From positions 32,001-96,000 of IMG/VR virus record IMGVR_UViG_3300049914_000251: DNA of 64,000 nucleotides; one strand, written 5' to 3'. This document shows, one piece after another, positions 8,741 to 17,448 of the stretch. Positions within the stretch are counted from its first letter, which is position 1; every line of letters begins with the position of its first letter. The position numbers and the translations under genes were made by a program. The notes under the pieces were generated by a model. The model saw only the letters and a list, made by a program, of their open reading frames with translations, had not been told where the DNA came from and made no database searches. Source of the stretch: a virus.

Positions 8741-9210
8741 ATTACTGTCACCAGCAAATGCCCCGGCCTCGATGGGGGCAGCCCGTAATACATACAGATG
8801 GCCTCAAAGATACTGCCAGGGGTTTGATAGACCTCTAATAAGCTGTTAATGCCTCCAAGAGCCTTATCACCAGAAGCACCTGTATCTCTCAGCAGCTTAT
8901 CAAGATCCACTTGCTGTAAAGCCTTGCCATCATTACCTGTTATTGTCTGCTCCTCACTATCATAAATTGCGTTATAATTATCTTCCGCCTGCACGTTCAC
9001 CCCACCACAAATAGGACAGCGCAACTCAAAGGACTGCATCTCAACAGGCGCATCATTAACATCATAACCAGTAGTTAAAGTCACCGGTTGATGCCTAACC
9101 TGGTCCTCAGGTCCGTACCACAAACAATCCTGACAACTCATTTTCATTTTCATTTCCATCACTTTACCTTCTTCCATTAACAGGTTACCATAAAACTTGT
9201 ATCCAGTCAA
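8683..9210 (-). CDS. hypothetical zinc-binding protein
   Basis: CQDC...CPICGG. Confidence 0.55.
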   Translation of the reverse strand: MTGYKFYGNLLMEEGKVMEMKMKMSCQDCLWYGPEDQVRHQPVTLTTGYDVNDAPVEMQSFELRCPICGGVNVQAEDNYNAIYDSEEQTITGNDGKALQQVDLDKLLRDTGASGDKALGGINSLLEVYQTPGSIFEAICMYYGLPPSRPGHLLVTVIWGFGSRTQPKREILQYRS

Positions 9211-10559
9211 TCATGTAAAAAATCAAACTCCTCCCTAAGAATTCTCTCTGCAGTTTCCTTATCTTCCGGATCCAGCTTACCGTCCAGCACCAGGCCTAAA
9301 AGATAATCCTTCAACTCACCTATCCGCTTACCCGGCACCAGACCAAATCGTTCCATTATCTCATCCCCGGTCAGTGGAGATACTATCATTTCGGGATGCT
9401 CTGTTAAACACCCCTCCACCACCTTCTCCAATCTGGATACAAACTCCTGTCTTGGAGATGCACTAGAGTACAAATCGCAGCGTACCAGTGACAGCAACAT
9501 CCTGACGTAATCCGGACCTATCTTCCGAATCATCCTGCGAATTACGGCCCTCTTCAGGCTCTTTTCCTTCTCTAACAGAATAGGATACATGTGAAACTTT
9601 ATCAGCGTATAGACAGCTTCTATAGTATCTGTATCAAACCTAAGAGCCTGGAGCCGGTCCTTAGCCATCTCAGCCCCAACATCCTGATGCCCGTAAAAAT
9701 GAACGTCATTATCATCTTCCGTTCGAGTAACGGGCTTCGCTATATCATGAAGAAGACACGCTAACCTGAACTTAAGATTACTCTCCCCGAAATCAATCGC
9801 TACAGACCTCTCCAGCACATCCATAGTGTGTTGAAAAGCGTCCTTAATATGATGCCTCCCCTGATTTATGAGAAGCAATTGCTCTATTTCTGGGATAATA
9901 TACTGCATCAAACCAAATGCACAGAGATTCCGTACCCCGAAAGACGGATTGGGAGACTCCAGAATCTTTACCAGCTCATCATGTATTCTCTCCGATGAAA
10001 TGATCTCCAGCCTTTCCGGATGCTCCATCTTTATATCTTGAAAACCGAACCCCAGCTGAGAAGCAAACCTTATAGCTCGCATCATCCTAAGTGGATCCTC
10101 TTCGAACCTCTGTGTTCCGCCTACTAACCTGATGAGCCTTTCCTGAATATCCTGAATCCCACCGAAATAATCATAAATAGCTCCATTAATAGGCCTTCTA
10201 GCTATGGAGTTAATGGTAAAATCGCGCCTCCTCAAATCCTCCATAAGACTGTAACCGAACTCCACCTTGGGCTTTCTGGAGTCCTGTGGGTATATCTCAG
10301 CCCTGAAAGTGGTTATCTCCAACTTCAACCCTTCATGCATCAGACCTATGGTGCCGAACTCTTCCCCCACCGTATAGATATCCCCAAGATCATGAAGCAA
10401 CAGCTTTATCACTCCCGGGGTAGCGTCAGTACAGAAATCATAATCGCTAGGCTCCCGTCCCATAATGGAATCGCGCACAGAACCGCCTACCTCCAGGAAC
10501 TGATATCCGGAGCCTTCAAACCTCTCTGCTATTGTCCTGAACAGCTCTGTCTTAATCAT
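9207..10559 (-). CDS. cca: CCA-adding tRNA nucleotidyltransferase with HD domain
   Basis: VGGSVRD, DYDF, RRDFTINS, EDPLRMMRA, SSERIHDEL, LLHDIAKP; flexible loop EIYPQDSRKP present. Confidence 0.93.
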   Translation of the reverse strand: MIKTELFRTIAERFEGSGYQFLEVGGSVRDSIMGREPSDYDFCTDATPGVIKLLLHDLGDIYTVGEEFGTIGLMHEGLKLEITTFRAEIYPQDSRKPKVEFGYSLMEDLRRRDFTINSIARRPINGAIYDYFGGIQDIQERLIRLVGGTQRFEEDPLRMMRAIRFASQLGFGFQDIKMEHPERLEIISSERIHDELVKILESPNPSFGVRNLCAFGLMQYIIPEIEQLLLINQGRHHIKDAFQHTMDVLERSVAIDFGESNLKFRLACLLHDIAKPVTRTEDDNDVHFYGHQDVGAEMAKDRLQALRFDTDTIEAVYTLIKFHMYPILLEKEKSLKRAVIRRMIRKIGPDYVRMLLSLVRCDLYSSASPRQEFVSRLEKVVEGCLTEHPEMIVSPLTGDEIMERFGLVPGKRIGELKDYLLGLVLDGKLDPEDKETAERILREEFDFLHD

Positions 10560-10574
10560 CTTACCTTAAAAACC

Positions 10575-11513
10575 CTATATCTCTTTCTTAAACGACGGAT
10601 TCACTAAATACCCATCGTTAGAATACTCCAAATACTGAACCTCGACACTGATCCCCGAATCTACCCACACCGTGCCCTTAGGAACATTTACCTTACCTTT
10701 AAAAGGACACCCCATCGTTGGCATAGCCTTGAGCCTAATCGTCAAATCTCTAAGCTCTCCATCATCCGGCCCAGAGCCAGCTCTTCCCACATGCACAAGT
10801 TTGCCATCCCGCAGCTCACCCAACACCAAAGCCCCGAAATATTCCTCTCTTGCATTCTTGCCCGGGGTATAACCTATGACCTTAAAAATGCCTTTCTGCC
10901 ATGTCTTGATCTTCAACCAAGCCTTCGGATGCCTATATCCTGGGTAGTAAAAGGAATTTAGCTCCTTTGCCACGATCCCCTCAACACCCAAGGACTTCAC
11001 CCAGCCGAACAACTCCACTCCCTTACCTATCACAAAAGGAGCCTGAAGCGCTAAGCCGCTCGAAATTAAGCACTCACTTATCAGTTGCTTCCTGCAACCT
11101 AATGGTGCCTTCTGCCCCCGGCTAGTAAAATCCACCTCGTTAGCTTCCAAAATATCCCATACCACAAACGTTGCGGGAAACTGCCTTGCAAGTCTTGCCA
11201 CTATCAAAGGATCGGTGTTCTTAATCCTACGTTGAATCCTGTTAAAATTAGGAAGACCATTCTCATCAAAACAGACCATCTCGCCATCCAGCACCACTTT
11301 ATTCCACTTAATTTGCCTCCAAATTCCTTGTAGCTCCGGAAAGCTAGCCGTCATGTTTGTACCCTTCCTACCTATAAAGGACACCTTAGCGCCTTCCTTA
11401 TAACACAAAGCTCGACAGCCGTTATACTTGATCTCATACAGATGTTGATCATCGTCAAACGGCTGCCGAACTAGGGTACACAACATTGGTTGAAACTTCT
11501 CATTCATCTTCAT
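10575..11513 (-). CDS. ligD: ATP-dependent DNA ligase, LigD/LigC ligase domain
   Basis: EIKYNGCR, VLDGEMV, FVVWDIL, EGIVAK, YYPG...WLKIK, OB fold VGRAGSG. Confidence 0.88.
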   Translation of the reverse strand: MKMNEKFQPMLCTLVRQPFDDDQHLYEIKYNGCRALCYKEGAKVSFIGRKGTNMTASFPELQGIWRQIKWNKVVLDGEMVCFDENGLPNFNRIQRRIKNTDPLIVARLARQFPATFVVWDILEANEVDFTSRGQKAPLGCRKQLISECLISSGLALQAPFVIGKGVELFGWVKSLGVEGIVAKELNSFYYPGYRHPKAWLKIKTWQKGIFKVIGYTPGKNAREEYFGALVLGELRDGKLVHVGRAGSGPDDGELRDLTIRLKAMPTMGCPFKGKVNVPKGTVWVDSGISVEVQYLEYSNDGYLVNPSFKKEI

Positions 11514-11621
11514 TTCTCTTTCAAGTGGGGCCGGTTCTACCTAGATCTACCGCTGTTCCCAGTCGGTTTACTTCCTCATTTCGGAGGTTCTCGATTAGAC
11601 CCGGCCCCTCTTCTACGTAAA

Positions 11622-12026
11622 TTATTTGCATTTGCTGTCATACCAGCAGATTGGATGAGGTATTATACGTATCGAAGGAGGAGGCACCACCACAAATTTC
11701 TGCATGCGCTCCGGAATTTCGCCACTTTCCCCTCTGGCCCGAAGCTCTATCCGCAGCTGATGCAGATCAAAAAACTTCAATATCACACCACCTCCAACGT
11801 GGTGCTTTTTCTCCATGTGTATAAAATAAAGTCCGAAATCCTTAACAGCACTCCCGCAAATCCCGCACCTAACCTTACAAGTTGATGTCGGACTTTCGTA
11901 ATAATACCAAGAAAGCTCCCCATGCCTCAAAAGCATGTGCTCACCCTTAGTATACAAACGACCGTCATGATACCCTACATGCTTGCCGCAACCCTGACAA
12001 ATACTTACAGGCCATCTCGCTGTCAT
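11622..12026 (-). CDS. hypothetical zinc-binding protein
   Basis: CQGCG and CGICG motifs. Confidence 0.55.
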   Translation of the reverse strand: MTARWPVSICQGCGKHVGYHDGRLYTKGEHMLLRHGELSWYYYESPTSTCKVRCGICGSAVKDFGLYFIHMEKKHHVGGGVILKFFDLHQLRIELRARGESGEIPERMQKFVVVPPPSIRIIPHPICWYDSKCK

Positions 12027-12320
12027 TTACCTGTTTCCACCTTCCTCTTGAAATAAAAACCCGGGGTCAATCCCTCTATCGTCGAGATATCGAGCCAGTT
12101 GTATGTCCAAAGCCCTCTTAAGAGATATGGCAATAAGCCCGCGCTGGCACAGCTCCCGCTGCAACGCGAATTGATATATCCGTCCTCTTGTAAGCAAACT
12201 CTCTGGCACCTTAAACATGGGAAGCTCTCCCACCCGGAACATCGCCTCTTGCCCACGTACTTCAAAATCGGGCAGCTCCTTTATCTGTTGCCTCAGCTCA
12301 TTTAAATCTTCCATCTTCAA
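12027..12320 (-). CDS. hypothetical protein
   Basis: GAGG RBS; tiles between Ku and the next gene. Confidence 0.55.
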   Translation of the reverse strand: MKMEDLNELRQQIKELPDFEVRGQEAMFRVGELPMFKVPESLLTRGRIYQFALQRELCQRGLIAISLKRALDIQLARYLDDRGIDPGFLFQEEGGNR

Positions 12321-12328
12321 CCTCTTCC

Positions 12329-13114
12329 TTAAGCTGCCACCGGCTCCGCAGCCTTCACTGATGCTACCAAAGCGTCCAGCAAACCAACTTCCTTAATTGC
12401 CGCGGCCTGTGGTTGAATCTTGACCACCCCACCCGCTAACTTAGCTTCGATTCTCTCTTTCAAAGCCTCGGTGTACTCATCGTGGAAATTTTTCAACTCC
12501 GCCTTCTTCGTTAGCTTAGAGATTAACTGCTTGGCTATCTTCAGCTCATCTTCCTTAGTATCCGCCAGGCCCTCGCTGTACTCTGTTGCATCCCGCAACT
12601 CTGTGGAGTACTTCAGGGGCTGTACAAGCAAGATGTCATTCAACGGCCGAATCAGTACCAGGTGCTGCTTATCCCGTAAGGTATACTTTGCTATGGCTGC
12701 CTTGCCCTCTGAAACGATGCCCGTGAACAGCAGTGCAAACGCCTTCGCGCCACCTTTATCCGGAGTAGCGTAGTAGAAATCGTTCTTAATATACCGCGGG
12801 TCTACTTCCTTTGGGTCTACGAACTCCACTATCTGAATGGTATCTTTATCACCTATTGGCAGATTTTCAAAATCTGCATCGGTCATCTGCAACCACTCAT
12901 CCTTATCCAGTGGATACCCCTTGATAATATCTTCCTGTACCAGATCAATCTTACCGCATTTGGAACAGCGTTTCGGCAGCTCTATCTTACCACCGCATTC
13001 CTTATGCAGCTGATTGAACTTCACCGTGGGATCCTCGTTCCCCTTATATAACTTCACCGGTATCGAAACGAGGCCGAACCCTAAGGTTCCTGCCCAAGTT
13101 GCTCTCTTACCCAT
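12329..13114 (-). CDS. ku: Ku protein (NHEJ end-binding)
   Basis: RATWAGTLGFGLVSIPVKLY...FNQLH...IQIVEFVD...FHDEYTEAL. Confidence 0.95.
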   Translation of the reverse strand: MGKRATWAGTLGFGLVSIPVKLYKGNEDPTVKFNQLHKECGGKIELPKRCSKCGKIDLVQEDIIKGYPLDKDEWLQMTDADFENLPIGDKDTIQIVEFVDPKEVDPRYIKNDFYYATPDKGGAKAFALLFTGIVSEGKAAIAKYTLRDKQHLVLIRPLNDILLVQPLKYSTELRDATEYSEGLADTKEDELKIAKQLISKLTKKAELKNFHDEYTEALKERIEAKLAGGVVKIQPQAAAIKEVGLLDALVASVKAAEPVAA

Positions 13115-13150
13115 CTTTAAACCCCCTTTAGCTTCATTCCTTCTACTATC

Positions 13151-13179
13151 ATACTACCACTAACCTTATAGAATGTCAA
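13151..13179 (-). promoter_or_regulatory. sigma70-type promoter for the ku-ligD-cca operon
   Basis: TTGACA-N17-TAGTAT with TGn. Confidence 0.75.
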
Positions 13180-13329
13180 GCTGTATACCTATCAAAACTT
13201 ACCTGTTTTACTCTCTGAACTACACCCAACCTCCAACATTAGAGGAAATCTGACGTTGGGGGAACTTCTGGGAAAATGCTGCCTTATTCACTCGATATTT
13301 AGGCAATTCCCCCAACGTCTTACAAATTA

Positions 13330-14304
13330 CTAGTTTTTAGCTGTGAGCAAGTGACTCCAAGCCCGCTGCTTGATCTCGTCACCGCTGCCGAACCAAGCCC
13401 CATACAACCTCTGGTCGTCTCCCTTGTTAATACCCCTGCCGAACTCCCGGTAATAATCCACATACTCCACCAGAGCGTTATAAGCCTTCCACGCCGAATC
13501 CTTAATAGCCGGATTATCCATGCCCCGACCCTTCTCCATGACAGCCAGCACTTTGGCCTTCTCCCGCTCAAATATTGGTCCTGGTTTGTCAGGATGTGCC
13601 ACATCGAAAGCATGCATCAGCAGCTCATCCAGAGCCTCACCCGTAAGCTTATAATCCACCAGGTACTTAGCCTGCTCTTCCCACTTCGCGTAGAACTGCC
13701 CAGCCAACCCCAGCACCTGTCGAGCCATATCCAACTTTGCGGCAATATTAGGTAAATGCCGTGCATAAAATCGCTCACCGCCTCCGCCCAACGCCATCTT
13801 CAAAGTGTTCATGCACACCACGTTAATAGGTGTCCAGAACATTTGAAACGCCAGCTGCCCGTTGTGACTGTTTGCCAATAAGATGTACTTCTCAACGTGA
13901 ACATCCTTAGCTATCACTATCGGCAGCCCCTCGACCTGTGCCAATATCCAGACTATCCCACCGCCCCTCAGACTTCCAGCCGTATGATACTTTGCCTCTC
14001 CGGTGCCTACTACGGAATCAAAGAAGTCAAAGGCCTCCCGGTTCTGTACAGGAGTATACTGCTTCGACACTATGTTGTAGCATGAATCATCTGTCTTACG
14101 CACCACAACATGCTTCCCGGGAACCGGAATATAGATACCACCTTCCCTAGTGGTAAAGGCCGATCGAAGTTCAACTTCCCAATCCAGACCGGCTGCTATG
14201 ATGGCTTCCTGGGCAGTGGCAACCTTATCCAGTTTAGTTCCCAGGCCATGCCAGGGCACACCATCAGCTCCTAAATAGAACATGTTTTCCAACTCTGCTG
14301 ACAT
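13330..14304 (-). CDS. DUF932 phage/plasmid-like protein
   Basis: PWHGLG...AGLDWEV...YTPVQNREAFDFFD...TAGSLRGG...NSHNG...VVCMNTL. Confidence 0.9.
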   Translation of the reverse strand: MSAELENMFYLGADGVPWHGLGTKLDKVATAQEAIIAAGLDWEVELRSAFTTREGGIYIPVPGKHVVVRKTDDSCYNIVSKQYTPVQNREAFDFFDSVVGTGEAKYHTAGSLRGGGIVWILAQVEGLPIVIAKDVHVEKYILLANSHNGQLAFQMFWTPINVVCMNTLKMALGGGGERFYARHLPNIAAKLDMARQVLGLAGQFYAKWEEQAKYLVDYKLTGEALDELLMHAFDVAHPDKPGPIFEREKAKVLAVMEKGRGMDNPAIKDSAWKAYNALVEYVDYYREFGRGINKGDDQRLYGAWFGSGDEIKQRAWSHLLTAKN

Positions 14305-14326
14305 ACTAGACCTCCTCTTTAATTTT

Positions 14327-14578
14327 TTAATTACAGAAGGGGATTTTGTCTGCCTCTTCTTTCATCCTATCCACTTCAGCATGTATCTGAATCTTACACC
14401 CGGCCTCTGATAATAACCACTCGACCTCGCTATGCGGAATCTTCAACCACCCAATATCCCGCATTGCCTCTTCCCACTCCCAAAACTCGTCCCATTTACC
14501 GGTTCTAAACATCGAACCCGCTGCTTGTTTAATAATTTCAACCCTGGAAACCCTGTGCTCTTTTACAGACCTCTTCAT
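14327..14578 (-). CDS. hypothetical protein
   Basis: 83-aa ORF. Confidence 0.5.
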   Translation of the reverse strand: MKRSVKEHRVSRVEIIKQAAGSMFRTGKWDEFWEWEEAMRDIGWLKIPHSEVEWLLSEAGCKIQIHAEVDRMKEEADKIPFCN

Positions 14579-14582
14579 AAAT

Positions 14583-14834
14583 CTAATCTTCTTCGGGATC
14601 TTTTCCTACTGGAATAACTTTACCAAAGACTATCTCATCCAGTTTATCCCTTAAAACCCTGTCTTTTACCTGCTTACCTTCCGGTTCGTAGGCCCAACCA
14701 TAGCGGTCGTCAACACCTATCTTCTTATTATCTAAATAATAGAAATGTAGAGATAATACCTCATTCAATCCTACGTTGAATGTATGTAAGTTACCCTTTC
14801 CATCCACCACCTGATACTCTTCCACTCTTCCCAC
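14583..14834 (-). CDS. hypothetical protein
   Basis: ORF starting just downstream of a promoter. Confidence 0.55.
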   Translation of the reverse strand: MGRVEEYQVVDGKGNLHTFNVGLNEVLSLHFYYLDNKKIGVDDRYGWAYEPEGKQVKDRVLRDKLDEIVFGKVIPVGKDPEED

Positions 14835-14843
14835 CTCACATCT

Positions 14844-14872
14844 AATATATCATACTACTTATACCATGTCAA
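14844..14872 (-). promoter_or_regulatory. sigma70-type promoter
   Basis: TTGACA-N17-TATATT with TGn, immediately after tRNA-Gly CCA. Confidence 0.8.
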
Positions 14873-14875
14873 CCT

Positions 14876-14949
14876 TGGAGCGGGAAGCGGGAATCGAACC
14901 CGCGTAACCTGCTTGGAAGGCAGACACTCTACCATTGAGTTACTCCCGC
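14876..14949 (-). tRNA. tRNA-Gly(TCC)
   Basis: Loop CTTCCAA; U73; CCA. Confidence 0.93.
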
Positions 14950-14950
14950 A

Positions 14951-15041
14951 TGGCGGAAGGGGAGGGATTCGAACCCCCGACTCATTTCTGAGTGGTCGGT
15001 TTCAAGCCGACTGCATTTAAACCGGACTCTGCCACCCTTCC
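14951..15041 (-). tRNA. tRNA-Ser(TGA)
   Basis: Loop CTTGAAA; long variable arm; G73; CCA. Confidence 0.93.
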
Positions 15042-15045
15042 ATCT

Positions 15046-15121
15046 TGGTAGCGGGGGAGGGAGTCAAACCCTCTTCTGTGGTTTATGAGACCACCGCCTT
15101 AATCGCTTTGGCTTCCCCGCA
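15046..15121 (-). tRNA. tRNA-Met(CAT), initiator-like acceptor stem
   Basis: Loop CTCATAA; U1xU72 mismatch, G2-C71, C3-G70; CCA. Confidence 0.85.
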
Positions 15122-15134
15122 TCGTATTAGATAT

Positions 15135-15209
15135 TGGAGTGAGGAACGGGAGTTGAACCCGTAACTTGGGAGCCACAATCCCGTGCTTTACCACTTAAGC
15201 TATCCCCAC
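15135..15209 (-). tRNA. tRNA-His(GTG)
   Basis: Loop TTGTGGC; CCA; U73 and no encoded G-1. Confidence 0.88.
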
Positions 15210-15215
15210 ATACAA

Positions 15216-15242
15216 AGCAGCCCCGCTGATATCGGAGCTGCT
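15216..15242 (-). terminator. intrinsic terminator-like hairpin between clpP and the 4-tRNA cluster
   Basis: AGCAGCTCCG-N7-CGGGGCTGCT followed by TTGTAT. Confidence 0.55.
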
Positions 15243-15267
15243 AAAACCATACGAAAAGCCAAGTCAC

Positions 15268-15933
15268 TCAGCTTTTCTTCGCTCTAAAACTGGCCTTAAC
15301 ATCTGACTTAAATAATCCCATGCTATAAGGTTCATGCAACACCAGATCGCTAGGTGTTGCAACCGCATCCGCCAGCCCATATTCCACAGCTTCCTCACCG
15401 GTTAAATAAAACTCCCTGTCGATGTCACGAAGTATCTGCTTCCTGCTTTTCTTAACTCCGCATTCGCAAAGGATCCTGACCAGAGTCTCCTTCATTTTCT
15501 CCATCTGAATAGCCTCTATCTTAGCCTGCTTAACATCACCCTCGATATTTCCCGACGGCAGATGCAACATAATTGTGCTATTCGGAAACACATACCGATG
15601 CCCTTTAGTACCGGCAGCCAGTATAATAGCTCCCATACTGACAGCCGTCCGGCCTATGGTATAAACAGGAGCCTTGCAAAGCTTTATTGTATCATACAAC
15701 ATGAGTCCAGTATGTACTGCTCCACCCGGGCTATCTATCACCAGATAAATAGGATCACCGTTACGTTGGTCCAGCTCCCACATACAGTCTGCCACATACA
15801 CCGGAGAAACAGCATCGGCCCTCGGAGGAGTACCTATAATCGGACCATACAGGAACAGCACTCTCCGCATCTGCAACGCCTCCTGCGGCGTCATCATTTG
15901 ATCCATTCTCAATCCATTAGGTCTTTCGAACAT
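15268..15933 (-). CDS. clpP: ATP-dependent Clp protease proteolytic subunit
   Basis: IDSPGG, AVSMGA (Ser), MLHLPS (His), DREFYLT...EAVEYGLAD. Confidence 0.92.
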   Translation of the reverse strand: MFERPNGLRMDQMMTPQEALQMRRVLFLYGPIIGTPPRADAVSPVYVADCMWELDQRNGDPIYLVIDSPGGAVHTGLMLYDTIKLCKAPVYTIGRTAVSMGAIILAAGTKGHRYVFPNSTIMLHLPSGNIEGDVKQAKIEAIQMEKMKETLVRILCECGVKKSRKQILRDIDREFYLTGEEAVEYGLADAVATPSDLVLHEPYSMGLFKSDVKASFRAKKS

Positions 15934-16480
15934 CTTCTCCTCCTACCATATAAGTTCCTAAATCGTATAAACGCCACATACCTGAATACGCATAATGTCC
16001 TACAGCTGCCCACACATCAAACGTTTTATTGCCGCTGTCAACATTTTCCTTCAACACTTCCAGCTTAAATCCAATGCCCTTAGAATCAGAAGCATCTTCC
16101 AATACCTTAACTTCAGCAACGTAAAAATCCTCTTTATACGTATACTGCTGCCCCACCGAGACTACTCCATCTTTGGTACATATCTGGTTATGCTCGTACT
16201 TCATGCCTTCTATTTTTGCCAGCTCTAACACCAGATGAGTACCGTTTCCCAGCCTCATCTTATCCTCCACCACTTCCCTAATTTCATATTTATCCTCCTC
16301 AAACTCCAAAACATCCCCCGGCTTAATGCCTTTTTTGTCGTAAACAGCAGCTAACCACCGTACGCCGTACCCACTAATATTGCACGCCTGCCACGGATAC
16401 TTGGCTATGACCCATAAAGTATAACGAGTTAATAAAGACTCTTTAGCCCGGTCCCCAAAAAACAACTTCCAGAGTTTCAT
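15917..16480 (-). CDS. hypothetical protein
   Basis: 187-aa ORF coupled to rpsU. Confidence 0.55.
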   Translation of the reverse strand: MKLWKLFFGDRAKESLLTRYTLWVIAKYPWQACNISGYGVRWLAAVYDKKGIKPGDVLEFEEDKYEIREVVEDKMRLGNGTHLVLELAKIEGMKYEHNQICTKDGVVSVGQQYTYKEDFYVAEVKVLEDASDSKGIGFKLEVLKENVDSGNKTFDVWAAVGHYAYSGMWRLYDLGTYMVGGEDVRKT

Positions 16481-16809
16481 ACTATCGTTCTCCAGTCCTT
16501 CTCAGTAAACTTAGCTGCCTCAGCTCGAAACACCTTCCTGACTCTCTGCAGTTCATCTGCATTTCGCCTCGGCCTCTTAATGACCATCATCTCCTCTTCT
16601 GCATCCATACCGGCCTGCTGATCTTCTATCTTTCGCTTCATCTTCTGTTCTTGATGATGCCTCCGTAAACTCGGTTTCTCAAAATACTGCCTCTGAGAAA
16701 GCTCACTTAATACCCCGGCTTCCTGAACGGATCTATTGAAACGCCTCAGCAAATGTTCAAACGACTCATCATTATATCCGTCCACATACACTATTGCTTT
16801 TTTACCCAC
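16477..16809 (-). CDS. rpsU: ribosomal protein bS21 with C-terminal extension
   Basis: ESFEHLLRRFNRSVQEAGVLSELSQRQYFEKPSLRR is the bS21 signature. Confidence 0.88.
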   Translation of the reverse strand: MGKKAIVYVDGYNDESFEHLLRRFNRSVQEAGVLSELSQRQYFEKPSLRRHHQEQKMKRKIEDQQAGMDAEEEMMVIKRPRRNADELQRVRKVFRAEAAKFTEKDWRTIV

Positions 16810-16828
16810 TATAACCCTCCATTATAGC

Positions 16829-17080
16829 TTATACCGCCGCCGGAACTTTCTTTTCGCATTCAGCCTTCAACTTCTCAGCCGCCAGCTGATTAGCCAGCCT
16901 CTGTTCAGGAGTCATCTTAGCCAGGAATTCCATAATATGCTTTCTCTGCTCTTCCTGTGCCCTTACAGGATACATAGACCTGCACTGAGGACACACGCCT
17001 GTGATCTCAACTAGCTCCTGCTTATTAGCATCCAAACCTTCACAAGAACAAACCCGACATTTCTTATTTTTGATTGTCAT
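16829..17080 (-). CDS. hypothetical zinc-binding protein
   Basis: CRVC...CPQC; GAGG RBS. Confidence 0.55.
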   Translation of the reverse strand: MTIKNKKCRVCSCEGLDANKQELVEITGVCPQCRSMYPVRAQEEQRKHIMEFLAKMTPEQRLANQLAAEKLKAECEKKVPAAV

Positions 17081-17402
17081 CTTTTACCTCGCCACGATAA
17101 TATGATGTGAACGCTCCTACTACACCAGCCATCTCATCGATCCAGTACAATACCTCATGCAATCCGCTGGCATGACCTTCGGACCATGCATATGCAAACA
17201 ACTTATTAAACCCATCGGGACAATCGACTCCGACCTTAGTAACCACAAGTTGCCTGCAATCGGCCTTGAACAGTTCTACCAGTCTACCCTCTTCCGCATG
17301 ATACGCAAGATACTTGTCCCGACTTTCCTTCATCGTACTGAAGGGTTTTGTATTAAGATACCTACCGCCCTCTATGAACGCTATCACGTCATCATATGTC
17401 AT
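17064..17402 (-). CDS. hypothetical phage protein
   Basis: Start reassigned to MTYDD after GGAGG; AYAWSEGHASG motif. Confidence 0.6.
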   Translation of the reverse strand: MTYDDVIAFIEGGRYLNTKPFSTMKESRDKYLAYHAEEGRLVELFKADCRQLVVTKVGVDCPDGFNKLFAYAWSEGHASGLHEVLYWIDEMAGVVGAFTSYYRGEVKDDNQK

Positions 17403-17448
17403 TTCAAACCCTCCAAAATGTCCGCTACTTCGCAATTTAAGATATAGA

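Noticed and set aside
11527-11608. c-di-GMP-I riboswitch assignment
   Set aside because: Has a GYAAAC...GNRA hairpin but lacks the downstream CGCAAA and second stem; kept only as an unknown structure
12023-12265. 80-aa Cys-rich ORF overlapping 12027..12320
   Set aside because: The alternative frame has the RBS and tiles better
13203-13230. tRNA-like 5' fragment (TTGGGTGTAGTTCAGAGAGTAAAAC)
   Set aside because: No anticodon arm, T arm or 3' acceptor strand; at most a remnant
15268-15933. ClpP as the capsid maturation protease
   Set aside because: Located far from the head genes, and a dedicated HK97-type protease is present
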